Origin: an uncultured Rhodobacteraceae bacterium
GTDB taxonomy: Bacteria; Pseudomonadota; Alphaproteobacteria; Rhodobacterales; Rhodobacteraceae
Direction of reading: 5' to 3'
DNA length: 64,000 nt
Assembly: GCA_947502145.1 (NCBI GenBank)
Contig: CANMYO010000006.1
Coordinates: 11,476-75,475 of the forward strand
Shown: positions 35,375-44,387 of the stretch, piece after piece
Numbering within the stretch: position 1 is the first letter of the stretch
Layout of the letters: each line of letters opens with the position of its first letter
Translations under genes and position numbers: made by a program
The notes under the pieces: model-generated
What the model was told of the DNA's origin: nothing
What the model saw: the letters and a program-made list of their open reading frames with translations, nothing else
Databases searched by the model: none

Positions 35375-36709
35375 TTACCTTTGGTCGCCAAGCAGCGATG
35401 GTTGCGCGATGTTAAGATCGCAGGCCCGCGCACGAGGCGACTCTGTTCCGCGCTCCTCATGGAGTTTTTCAAGGGCATCCGCAACCTTGCCCATGGTTTC
35501 TGCATGTGTTCGCGTGCGTTTTAGCAAGCTTTCCAAATCCACGTCTGCGGCGAGGGCCTGCGCCTCGGTTGGCTTCAAAAAACTGATGTCCTTCGCGCGA
35601 CGCTCCGCCGGCGCAACCGTCTTCGACAAGAAATGGCCGGCTCTATTTAGGTCCGGAACATCATCTAGCGCCGATTGTGAGCGCGCGATGTGGAGCGCTT
35701 GAACTTGCTTTCGGGTCCTTACCATCTCGTCAATGCTGGGTGCGCTCACATGTTCGCTTTGCAACAGTAGCTTGCGCCCTCCCCTCGCCCGCGCCAAAAG
35801 CTCGAACTCATGAGCCCGAAATCCTCTCCCCAATCCGGGAACCTGAACGATGCGCGGTCGACCAAACTTAGCATCCGGATCGCGCTCTTCAGGTGGTTTG
35901 TGCCAATCACGTGCGTTGAACTGATCAAGTTCAAGAATGCCGCCTGCCGCCCCTGAAGCAACACCAAAAGCCTCTGCCGCTTCGGCGTTCAAGCCAGAGC
36001 AATAGTCAAGAATGATGGGTTTGCCCAAATTATGCAGCCCGCCCAACATCCGGATGAGCGTCCGGACTTTCTGAGGACCCGGATCTTTACCGAGCCCAGA
36101 CAAGCGCATCCACAAGGCATCAATTGGTAGGTTGGATAACGTTTCAACAAGTGCTTTTCGGGAGGTCGAGTCGATCAAGCCTTGAACGGTTTGCATTACG
36201 GGATAGTCGATCTGGATATGTTTGCCGCCTAGGGTGTCCAACGCACGGCGCAATCTGGTGCAAGAAGCGGCATCAACAGAAAGCCAGCCGTCAAAACGCC
36301 GATCACCGAGGAAATGCGTGGGCGCTAGAATGCGATCTGCGCCAAGCTTGATGGCTGTTTCAGCTATGCGCTCGATGGTGTTTCCATTGAAATCAGAAGG
36401 TCCAAGCGGCTTGTCCGGTACGTCTACGAGCCAATCCGCATGACGCACAAATGTTCCAAACCGTGCGAGGCTGGATAGCTCGGCAGCGCCTGTATCGAGC
36501 GTAATTTCAACATTTTCGCTTTTGAGCTGCGTCGCAAGTCCGCTTTGACGCTTGAGACGCCCTGCTTCAAAGACGACCCGTGTCAGGGGCAGATGTCCTG
36601 AAGCATGCATTTCTCCGAATTTCACATGTGAATCGCCGATACGGAAGAACTGCGCCAGCGGCGTGCGGAGCTTCTGACCTTTTGGAAATGGGACGACAAC
36701 TGTGTTCAT
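35375..36709 (-). CDS. Uncharacterised 444-aa protein co-transcribed with the Xre-RES pair
   Basis: Long clean ORF with an ATG start. Its stop (35375-35377) is 5 nt from the Xre start codon. No family motif recognised by eye. Alternating beta/alpha-like composition over ~300 aa, then a helical Arg/Glu-rich tail. Confidence 0.6.
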   Translation of the reverse strand: MNTVVVPFPKGQKLRTPLAQFFRIGDSHVKFGEMHASGHLPLTRVVFEAGRLKRQSGLATQLKSENVEITLDTGAAELSSLARFGTFVRHADWLVDVPDKPLGPSDFNGNTIERIAETAIKLGADRILAPTHFLGDRRFDGWLSVDAASCTRLRRALDTLGGKHIQIDYPVMQTVQGLIDSTSRKALVETLSNLPIDALWMRLSGLGKDPGPQKVRTLIRMLGGLHNLGKPIILDYCSGLNAEAAEAFGVASGAAGGILELDQFNARDWHKPPEERDPDAKFGRPRIVQVPGLGRGFRAHEFELLARARGGRKLLLQSEHVSAPSIDEMVRTRKQVQALHIARSQSALDDVPDLNRAGHFLSKTVAPAERRAKDISFLKPTEAQALAADVDLESLLKRTRTHAETMGKVADALEKLHEERGTESPRARACDLNIAQPSLLGDQR

Positions 36710-37315
36710 CTGACTTGTTCCATATGTGTTTCATAGATGCAGATAGTGAAACCGAAGTGGAATGTCAATCTTTGCAACAATAGGTTGGCCCCCCAGCGCC
36801 TCTTGCGCTGACCAGGCTCTCGGCTGCGCCCGAAGCCGCCCAAAACGCGTCTTCGCCCATGCGGGATTCAATCCTTCGTGCATTTGGCATCTGAGAACAC
36901 GGGCAGGACCGCGCTCGTTTGAATCAGACGTCAGCCAAGTCTCCGCTCCGCTCTAACCAGGCTGGCAGCTTCCTATTGTGAATATCCGCCTGCCATCCGA
37001 CCGGCGCCCTGAACAGGGGCTCAGGTGCCGCTTACGCGTCAGCCTTCACGCAGAATTCCGGTTCCTCCCGCGCTCCGGCGCGGGTCCCTCCCAAATTCAA
37101 CGCTCCGGCCCCCAGTGTCAGGCCGCCGTTCGGCCGCAGGTCGGGCTGTGCCCTCTCCTGCTCTGCCCTTCGGAAGACGCGGGGGTCTTCCAAACGTCAG
37201 AGACAGGGAGGCCTTCGCCCAATGGCGGAAAGCAAGGCCAAGCCGCAGACCACAACTTGAGGTCGGCAAAACGAGCCAAGCACCGCTCCAACCACGAAGG
37301 AAAGGAGCCTCAAAC

Positions 37316-37684
37316 ATGGGCCTCGACCAATACGCATACATCAAGACCGCCGATAGCGGCGAAGAAGGCGAAAGCGCCAAGTTCACATGGCGAAAGCACT
37401 CTCAACTGCAAACTTTTATGGAAGGCCTCTACACTGAGCGCACGGGGCTAGATGCTACTGACCTCAACTGTGGTGAGTTGGTGCTGCAAGCGTCCGACAT
37501 CGACAGCTTGGAAAAGGCCGTCAAAGACAGCGCTCTGCCCCATTGCGAGGGCGGCTTTTTCTACGGGCATCAGTTCCAAGACGAACAAGCCAGTGAATAT
37601 CGCGACTACGATCTCGAGTTCTGCGCATGGGCACGGACCCAGATGCAAGCAGGATCGACCGTGATCTATTCCTGCTGGTGGTAG
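37316..37684 (+). CDS. Conserved plasmid/phage hypothetical protein (122 aa)
   Basis: ATG at 37316 preceded by AAGGAAAGGAG. The tracked 37025 start adds a Pro/Arg-rich non-coding-looking extension. Sequence MGLDQYAYIKT ... IYSCWW. Confidence 0.6.
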   Translation: MGLDQYAYIKTADSGEEGESAKFTWRKHSQLQTFMEGLYTERTGLDATDLNCGELVLQASDIDSLEKAVKDSALPHCEGGFFYGHQFQDEQASEYRDYDLEFCAWARTQMQAGSTVIYSCWW

Positions 37685-37808
37685 CCAGCGCCGCAGAGGC
37701 GCGTCAGCGCGCCTCTGCGGTCCGTTCCCCATAATTCCACTCAAATGACCGCCCCACGCCTTCTCAGGCGCGCTGAGCGGCTCCACAAGACATCAAAGGA
37801 CGAATCTC

Positions 37809-39674
37809 ATGACCAAACAGCAACCCATCACCCAAAACACCGCCAGCGCCGTGATCCAGCAAATCCCGTTGGACGCGCTGTCCATCTCTGATTTGAACCC
37901 ACGCACAACGGTTTCAGAGGCGCATATCGAAAGCCTCGCCGACAGCATCGAGCGCTTTGGCCTCATTCATAACCTTGCAGGCTTCATGGATGCGGACGGT
38001 AATGTCGGCATCGTTGCTGGTGGGTGCCGTCTTCGCGCCCTTGAACGGATTGCAGAGCGTTCCAAAAACCATTCCTTCGAAACTGTGCCTGTAAAGCTGG
38101 CCTCCAGCGCCGAAGAGGCCGAAGATTGGGCCAGCGCCGAAAACGCGGTCCGTGAAGACATGGCCCCAGCGGACGAAATCCGCGCCTTTGGCCGAATGAA
38201 GGCCCGCAATGCAACGGTGCCGGAGATTGCACTCGCGTTTGCCGTTACAGAGGCGCGCGTTTATCAACGGCTGGCGCTTGCGGGTCTGCCAGACGCTGTG
38301 TTGGACGCGCTCGCGGCGAGTGAGATTGGCCTGGGTACTGCCAAAGCGTTCACACTTTCCGATGATGAAGCACTCACCCTGAGCCTCTTGGATCAAGTTA
38401 AGGGGCAAGCCGTGTCGGAGGCGGCGATCAAAAACGCGCTACATCCCGATGCCATAAAGGCCAGTGATCGTCGTGCGAAGTTCGTGGGCGTTGAGAGATA
38501 CGAAGCCGAAGGTGGCAGTGTTACTCGTGACCTCTTCTCCGACGAAGTCTTCCTCGCCTCCCCTGCCCTTCTGGAACGTCTCTTCGGTGAGGCGCTGGAC
38601 ACGGCCCGCAATGAACTGGTCGAAGCGCAAGGCTGGGCTTGGGCCGAAGCGCGCACCGAGGCGTGGCTCAACTACTATGATCTCGATCAGATGAAACTGG
38701 AACGGGTCTATCCAATTGAGGGCGAACTGACCGAAGCAGAAGCCGAGGAATACGACGCACTCGCGGACCTCGCCAATGGCGGCGTCTTGGACGAAGATGG
38801 CGAGGCTCGGTTGTCCGAGTTGCAAACCATTCTGGACGGCGACTACTCAGCAGATCAGAAGGCCCATGCGGGATGCATTCTGCTTGTAAATTCATCTGGC
38901 AAAGTCGAAGTGACGGCGGGTTTGGTGCGCCACGATGACAAGAAGGCGGCGATCGAAGCAGGAATCTTGAAACCCCCGCAAAGCACAAAGTCCGATGTGC
39001 CGAAATCTCCTTACTCGCAGAAACTGACGGCAGACATGCAAGCCATCCGTCTGGCATCCGTGCAGGCCGCAATCCTGACGAAGCCCGAACTTGTCCTTGA
39101 TCTTTTGGGATTTGGGTTGTCCGACGCCTCTGGCAGTTTTGAGCGTATCTTTGGTATGCGTATGGATCGCCCAAACAACGCTCCGAGCATCGAAGATGGC
39201 TTTGAAGCGGAACCACGTTTGAACCATGGGATCGATGCAAGCGAGTATTGGCAGCAAGGGACCCGCGTTGAAGACCTCTGCGCTGCCTTTGCCACCTATC
39301 GCGACGGCTCCAAGAAGTCGCGTAACGTCACAATCACGGAAGCCATTGCGCGCACCCTGCCCTATCAGGCTGGCGGTCAAGAATTCTTCGCGCTCATTGA
39401 GACAGAGGCGGGTGCCGATATCCGCAGGCACTGGACGCCCACTGCACAGAACTTCTTTTCGCGCGTGTCAGCAGGCTATCCTGTTGAATTAATGTGTGAA
39501 TTCTTGGAGTGCAGCGCCAATGATGAACGCTTGACCGCCTTTGCCAAACTCAAGAAAGGCGAAAAGGCCGAGAAGATGGAAAACCTGATGACGAATGCAA
39601 CGACGCAAAAGCTGATGGGGCTGACGGCAGATCAAAAAGCCAAACTCGACAAATGGGTGCCTGACTGCACCTAA
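37809..39674 (+). CDS. ParB/Srx-like nuclease-domain protein (large conjugative-element ParB-like protein)
   Basis: 621 aa. N-terminal ParB box region (IPLDALSISDLNPR ... LADSIERFGLIHNL ... IVAGGCRLRAL), then a long C-terminal extension as seen in ICE/plasmid leading-region ParB-like proteins. Confidence 0.75.
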   Translation: MTKQQPITQNTASAVIQQIPLDALSISDLNPRTTVSEAHIESLADSIERFGLIHNLAGFMDADGNVGIVAGGCRLRALERIAERSKNHSFETVPVKLASSAEEAEDWASAENAVREDMAPADEIRAFGRMKARNATVPEIALAFAVTEARVYQRLALAGLPDAVLDALAASEIGLGTAKAFTLSDDEALTLSLLDQVKGQAVSEAAIKNALHPDAIKASDRRAKFVGVERYEAEGGSVTRDLFSDEVFLASPALLERLFGEALDTARNELVEAQGWAWAEARTEAWLNYYDLDQMKLERVYPIEGELTEAEAEEYDALADLANGGVLDEDGEARLSELQTILDGDYSADQKAHAGCILLVNSSGKVEVTAGLVRHDDKKAAIEAGILKPPQSTKSDVPKSPYSQKLTADMQAIRLASVQAAILTKPELVLDLLGFGLSDASGSFERIFGMRMDRPNNAPSIEDGFEAEPRLNHGIDASEYWQQGTRVEDLCAAFATYRDGSKKSRNVTITEAIARTLPYQAGGQEFFALIETEAGADIRRHWTPTAQNFFSRVSAGYPVELMCEFLECSANDERLTAFAKLKKGEKAEKMENLMTNATTQKLMGLTADQKAKLDKWVPDCT

Positions 39675-39700
39675 CGGCTCCTTCGTGGGAAGGATCAACT

Positions 39701-39730
39701 GGTCCCGCTTCGGCGGGGCCTTTTTTGTGG
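39701..39730 (+). terminator. Rho-independent terminator after the ParB-like gene
   Basis: GGTCCCGC-TTCG-GCGGGGCC (one G-U pair) followed by TTTTTTGTGG. Confidence 0.75.
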
Positions 39731-40044
39731 CTGGTTGGAGGTTCTGTTGAAAATCTCAAAATTGTCCGGCGGCGGGGCAAGAGGACAAGCCCCCTGCCCT
39801 GCCACCGGACCGGCGCTGTCCGCGCGGGAGCATCGTGTGAACGATGCATGTCGATCTCAGTTTATTGCTGACCTGTATCTTGACGATCACGATATGAAAC
39901 CCGATGTTAGTGTTGGCCTTCCGCACAGGCCTGTGTGTCCGCGACCCAAAGCTATGCAGTGCTTTAATTCTTTTTCACCGTTCCCTTCGAAGCGGATCGA
40001 TTAGTAGCGGGCACCTAGTCAGATCCGGAATTTGGAATGGATCA

Positions 40045-40782
40045 ATGGCACTAGACCAGCAAATCAAAGACCTTAAGAAACTCGCAAAGAAAATTGCGAG
40101 GTCGAAACGCATCGAACATCACGATGCGCTCAATATCGTGGCGCAAGAGCTCGGACATACCCATTGGTATTCAGCAATGACGGCTTGCAAGAACGGTTGG
40201 CTTCCGACACCTGACGACTTTGCCAAAGTCGGAGACCTTCTCAAGCAGGCTCATCCTGATGAAACCGTCGAGATGTTTGGCGACCCTGGTGGAGAAAGTC
40301 AGGGGCAGATAGGGCCACATGACTATTCTATCGAAGTCTCCATGGACGAAGTCTTCGTTCGTGGACGAGGTTGGATGGTTCATGTGCCTGAGGCACCATC
40401 CAAAGAACCTTGTGTTCGCGTGACCGATAAGCGCTTCAAAATGAACCCGATCCACGATCCTGGTTTCGTCACGCGTGCACTAGAAATTGCGAATACCAAG
40501 GCGGAACAGGTGCGAGCGCGGATTGCTTCGGATTGGCCGAGACGGTCCACAATGCCAGATGCAAATGGCTTCGCGGTTCATCCGATCAATGGCAGTTCGA
40601 GCGACACATGGTTCTGTTTGCATTGCGATGAAAGACTGCCAGCCAAATCTGTCGCTGAAAATCTTTGGCACTGCCCTCACTGTAGTGCTTCACCGATGGA
40701 TATCTTCAGTTCTGCGTGGTGGCTCGAGGATGCATCAGATGAACATGCTGGTTCTGTCCATAGAAGCCGTCTGAAAGGGTAG
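40045..40782 (+). CDS. Hypothetical protein with a C-terminal zinc ribbon
   Basis: Start at MALDQQIKDLKK (40045). C-terminal CLHCDERL...HCPHC. The tracked 39904 start looks like a non-coding extension. Confidence 0.5.
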   Translation: MALDQQIKDLKKLAKKIARSKRIEHHDALNIVAQELGHTHWYSAMTACKNGWLPTPDDFAKVGDLLKQAHPDETVEMFGDPGGESQGQIGPHDYSIEVSMDEVFVRGRGWMVHVPEAPSKEPCVRVTDKRFKMNPIHDPGFVTRALEIANTKAEQVRARIASDWPRRSTMPDANGFAVHPINGSSSDTWFCLHCDERLPAKSVAENLWHCPHCSASPMDIFSSAWWLEDASDEHAGSVHRSRLKG

Positions 40783-41197
40783 GCACGAATGAGGCCGGTG
40801 GTGTTTTACCATCGGCCTCTTCCTTGCGAGCTCAGATCTATGGCGTCGGCGGTACACTGACGGCCTCAGTTTTTCATTTTATAGGCTTAAGAGCGGTGCC
40901 CTACGTTCAGCGCCAAAGCCTCACATGATATCTGCCTTGGGACTCAATGCCGGAGTTCGAAGTTGCTGCGTGGTCCGATTTGCACCTTGCGTCGGAGTTG
41001 CAAAAAAATGTTGGTCGCAGAGGCCGACCCGAACACAAAGGGCGTTTGCCAGAATTGTCCCCTGCCCTTTGGGCATTCCTCGCGCGGCAAAATTCTGTCC
41101 CCCTGCCCTTCTCCGCTTAGCTGCGCCGATGGTGTGTTCGGCTCTTAGGCCTCTGCAAGGTGACCATCATTGCAACACCAACCAAAGGAGCAAAGCA

Positions 41198-41533
41198 ATG
41201 ACCACCAACTGCATCAAATTCGAAAGCACCGACATCGAGACCGCCAAAGGGTCCGGCTCAATTTCAACTCTGACCTTCGATCTCGATATCACCGTGGAGC
41301 CCATCATCAGCGACAACCCTATGGCACCGACGCACCGCGTCCTTGGCCGTTCACCACGTGGTCGCCTCGTTGAGTGTGGCGGCATCTGGAAGAAACAAAA
41401 CCGCGACACCGGCGCAGATTACTTTTCGATGACGGTCCGGGACTATGCGTTCAATGCAAACCTTGGCAAAGCCGCGAACCAAGATGATGATACGTTGCAA
41501 GCGATCATCCCTTGGGGTCCTAAGGAGGTTTAG
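41198..41533 (+). CDS. DUF736 family protein
   Basis: ATG 41198 after AAAGGAG. GSISTLTFDLDITVEPI ... THRVLG ... ECGGIWKKQNRDTGADYFSMTV matches the DUF736 pattern as I recall it. Confidence 0.7.
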   Translation: MTTNCIKFESTDIETAKGSGSISTLTFDLDITVEPIISDNPMAPTHRVLGRSPRGRLVECGGIWKKQNRDTGADYFSMTVRDYAFNANLGKAANQDDDTLQAIIPWGPKEV

Positions 41534-41541
41534 TAGGCCCA

Positions 41542-41580
41542 GTTGCTGGCCGGTTCTCCGGCCAGCAACACTTACATTTT
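41542..41580 (+). terminator. Stem-loop after the DUF736 gene (terminator; alternatively a partition or operator site)
   Basis: Perfect 12-bp arms GTTGCTGGCCGG (41542-41553) and CCGGCCAGCAAC (41558-41569) with loop TTCT, then ACTTACATTTT. Confidence 0.5.
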
Positions 41581-41606
41581 GGCATTTTGCACGCGTGCAA
41601 AATGCC
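41581..41606. promoter_or_regulatory. Perfect 26-bp palindrome upstream of repA (candidate RepA/RepB operator or parS)
   Basis: GGCATTTTGCACG|CGTGCAAAATGCC, 158 bp upstream of the repA ATG. Confidence 0.45.
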
Positions 41607-41763
41607 AGAGGTCATTGCCAAACGTTGTTCACTTTTTCTATTAGTATGGTCCATATTGTGCGTCAGATATCGGGTAGGCGTACAATATCTATACAAAACC
41701 TTCAAAACCGTGCTATTAACTTGCGGAATCGGTTCCATAAGAGAATCGAATGAGGACGGTGTT

Positions 41764-43119
41764 ATGAGCGGCAGCATAGAACAATTTCTTCAGGAGCTTG
41801 AGCGAGGCCTTGGCCGGACCATGGTTTCGGTGAACAAGGAACTTACAATGCGAGAGCGCATCAAGCGCTCTTGGTCAATGCGCCAATGCGCACGCTTCCT
41901 CGATATCAGCCATCAGCATCTGACAAAGTTTGCCAAGGACAATGAAGATTTCCCGGCGGGCAAACATGTTGGTCGTGAACGTGTCTTCACGCTCACTGAA
42001 CTGATGCATATCCGCGCACTTATGGCAGCCTCTGCCAAACGGCCGGAGCACTTCTTAGCATGGCGCAAGCCAGACGACCCTTTGCCGGTTATCTCCTTTG
42101 CGAGCCAGAAAGGTGGAACTGCGAAATCATTGAGCGCGGCTCACTTTGCGCAGTACTTGAGCCTCAACTATGGAATGCGGGTTGGTGTCATGGATGCTGA
42201 CCCACAAAGTACAATTACGCTCTACTTTGTTGGCGGCGAAGAGATGCCGACTTTGCCCGACCCCGAAACACCAACAATGGTCGATTTTGCCGGGTTGTTT
42301 CAAACGGATGAAACTATCCCTTACACAGACTATGACGCTGGGACTTTAGACGGGTTCTTCAAGAAAACATCGTGGCCAGGCGTAAGGCTGGTTCCTGCAC
42401 ATGGTGAGACTTCTGAAGGCGAGATCCAAATTGCCCGTCTTTTACGTGCCGGGACGCCTGAGAAACGGTTCTATAGGTTTTTGCGAGACTCCATTGATCG
42501 CTGGAAAGAAGGCCATCTTCCCGTCACGCGACCAAATGAGCTGGTGAGAGACAATAGAGTCGATCGATCGAAGTTGGATCAGGCTCTAAACGAGACGTTA
42601 GACTGCATAATCATTGATTATCAGCCTGCCTTGACGCTCTTCCAGCTAAACAACGTGATGGCGTCTACATCACTGATTATTCCTCAGACGATGAAGGGCT
42701 TTGACATCGCAACGTTGTCGACCTTCGTAACCGGTCTACTAACAATGTTGCGCCATATTTTTGCGACTGATCGTATCGATATGGGCGGTGCGGCGCATAT
42801 GCTCCTTCCGACTATCGTACAGCGCACAAATGAACAGGACCTCACGCAAGTTGGAAACTTGCTTGAAAACTGTCCGGATGAGGTTCTCCCCGTCTTCTAT
42901 TTGCGCTCCGATGCAATCTCAAATGCTTCGGATGTTTATCAATCTGTCTATGAATACGAGCCAGATACTCCGGGCAAGAAGAAGGGTATCAACCGTTTCA
43001 TAGAAAACGCAGATGCCGTGAACGACGCCATTGTTTCTCGTTTGTGGCCGGGTCTAGAGCGTGGTTATGCGGATGCGTGGATGAAGAATTTCTATGATTT
43101 TGAGGAGGAAACTGAATGA
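41764..43119 (+). CDS. repA: Partition ATPase RepA (ParA family) of a repABC cassette
   Basis: Start MSGSIEQF (41764) after GAGGA. N-terminal HTH region (MRQCARFLDISHQHLTKF) and deviant Walker A FASQKGGTAKSLSA. Followed by repB and repC. Confidence 0.85.
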   Translation: MSGSIEQFLQELERGLGRTMVSVNKELTMRERIKRSWSMRQCARFLDISHQHLTKFAKDNEDFPAGKHVGRERVFTLTELMHIRALMAASAKRPEHFLAWRKPDDPLPVISFASQKGGTAKSLSAAHFAQYLSLNYGMRVGVMDADPQSTITLYFVGGEEMPTLPDPETPTMVDFAGLFQTDETIPYTDYDAGTLDGFFKKTSWPGVRLVPAHGETSEGEIQIARLLRAGTPEKRFYRFLRDSIDRWKEGHLPVTRPNELVRDNRVDRSKLDQALNETLDCIIIDYQPALTLFQLNNVMASTSLIIPQTMKGFDIATLSTFVTGLLTMLRHIFATDRIDMGGAAHMLLPTIVQRTNEQDLTQVGNLLENCPDEVLPVFYLRSDAISNASDVYQSVYEYEPDTPGKKKGINRFIENADAVNDAIVSRLWPGLERGYADAWMKNFYDFEEETE

Positions 43120-44153
43120 AAAGAACATTGAGCAGCTCGGTCCTCAAGAAAAAGAGAGTTGATGAGGCAGTGGTCGAAGCTGGAGACGAAATTGAGCTTG
43201 AGAGCACTGTTGAAGGAACGTCGCCCGTTGTTGCTGGCGTAAAACCGCGCCTAGGCGGCTCTGGAAGTGCATGGAAAGCGGGCGCGTTGTCGGACGCGGA
43301 ACAGATTTTGCAGACCGAACGTACGCAGGTCGTTGAGCGGATCCTTTCTGGCCGTCAGGAGTTGCGTATCGACCCATCTCAGATCATCGACGTGATTGGG
43401 ACGGACCGCCGAGATGACTGGCGCGATCAAGATGCTTTTGAAGCGCTAAAGGATAGTATTGCCAAGAATGGCCAGGATACACCAATCCATGTTTGGCCTG
43501 CAGATCCCAATTGGCGTCCAGACGAACGTGAGCCGGAGAACCTTGAGGGCGTGAAGTTTCAATTGATTGTTGGACGCCGCCGTCACGCAATCTTGGCAGC
43601 GCTTGGCTTGCCACTGCGGGCGTTGCTTGTCCCTCAATCACAACGCGGCTCGAAGGAAGAACAGTTTGAGATGCTGTTCATGCGCTTTCGTGAAAACGAA
43701 GAGCGTGAAAACCTCAGTGCATTCGAGCGTCTCGTATCCATTGGGGAGATGTTTGATCAACTTCAGGGCACGACACCCGATGGGAAGCTTTCAGCTACTG
43801 AGTTTTCGCACCGAGTTGGCGTTCACAACAGCGCTGTGTCGCGGGGTAGGGCTGTTTTTGCGGCGAAAGATCAGATTTTGCACACGTGCAAAAATGTCTA
43901 CGATCTCAGTCATCGCGACCTAGAAAAGGTCCTCAATGACCTTTCTGGCAAGATTGACAAGTCAGTAAAAAAGAAACCGACGAAACCCAAAAAGCTGACA
44001 GTTAAACGTAAGGTTGGGTCGCGAAAACTCAGCGTGACAGGGCAGGGGGGGCGGCTGTCTGTTGCTGCCACCGGCTTGGCACTGGATGAGGATATCCTCA
44101 ATGGGTTGGGAGATGTCATCGCGGAGTTCTTAGAGAAACATGGATCGAAGTAA
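43116..44153 (+). CDS. repB: Partition protein RepB (ParB family)
   Basis: 345 aa with ATGA overlap with repA. ParB-box region (IDPSQIIDVIGTDRRDD ... LKDSIAKNGQDTPIHVW ... LIVGRRRHAIL). Confidence 0.8.
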   Translation: MKRTLSSSVLKKKRVDEAVVEAGDEIELESTVEGTSPVVAGVKPRLGGSGSAWKAGALSDAEQILQTERTQVVERILSGRQELRIDPSQIIDVIGTDRRDDWRDQDAFEALKDSIAKNGQDTPIHVWPADPNWRPDEREPENLEGVKFQLIVGRRRHAILAALGLPLRALLVPQSQRGSKEEQFEMLFMRFRENEERENLSAFERLVSIGEMFDQLQGTTPDGKLSATEFSHRVGVHNSAVSRGRAVFAAKDQILHTCKNVYDLSHRDLEKVLNDLSGKIDKSVKKKPTKPKKLTVKRKVGSRKLSVTGQGGRLSVAATGLALDEDILNGLGDVIAEFLEKHGSK

Positions 44154-44233
44154 GAGGCAGGAGCCGCGAAGACGGTGCTCTTCGATCCCAAACGAGGCAA
44201 GAAACAGGATCATGTATGAAGTGATTTAACGGC

Positions 44234-44300
44234 AAAAGAAAAGCCCTCCACCTTGCGGTAAGAGAGCCATTCTATCTGTGTTGCAACTGATAGTTAGCAC
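44234..44300 (-). ncRNA. Candidate antisense counter-transcribed RNA (ctRNA) of the repB-repC spacer
   Basis: On the minus strand, GCUCUCUUACC-GCAA-GGUGGAGGGC (44243-44268; several G-U pairs that work only on this strand) is followed by UUUUCUUUU (44234-44242). A ctRNA in this spacer is the established repABC arrangement. The 5' end is not determined. Confidence 0.4.
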
Positions 44301-44387
44301 TCCACGCAAATCGTTGTCAACGAAACACCGATTCGGTGAACGGATTTCTTTTGTCTCCAATCAAGCAGAGGAGGCGAAGAAGGACTC

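Noticed and set aside
37025-37315. N-terminal extensions of the tracked ORFs at 37025, 39904, 40925, 41587 and 48068
   Set aside because: The extensions are Pro/Arg/Ser-rich read-through of GC-rich spacers. Each has an internal ATG with a good Shine-Dalgarno that matches the expected family N-terminus, so the shorter starts were used.
41542-41569. Calling the 12-bp-arm palindrome a repABC parS
   Set aside because: It starts GTT and ends AAC like the parS consensus, but it is 28 bp with a 4-nt loop rather than a 16-bp palindrome. It also sits exactly where a terminator for the DUF736 gene is expected. It is listed as a terminator, with the alternative noted.
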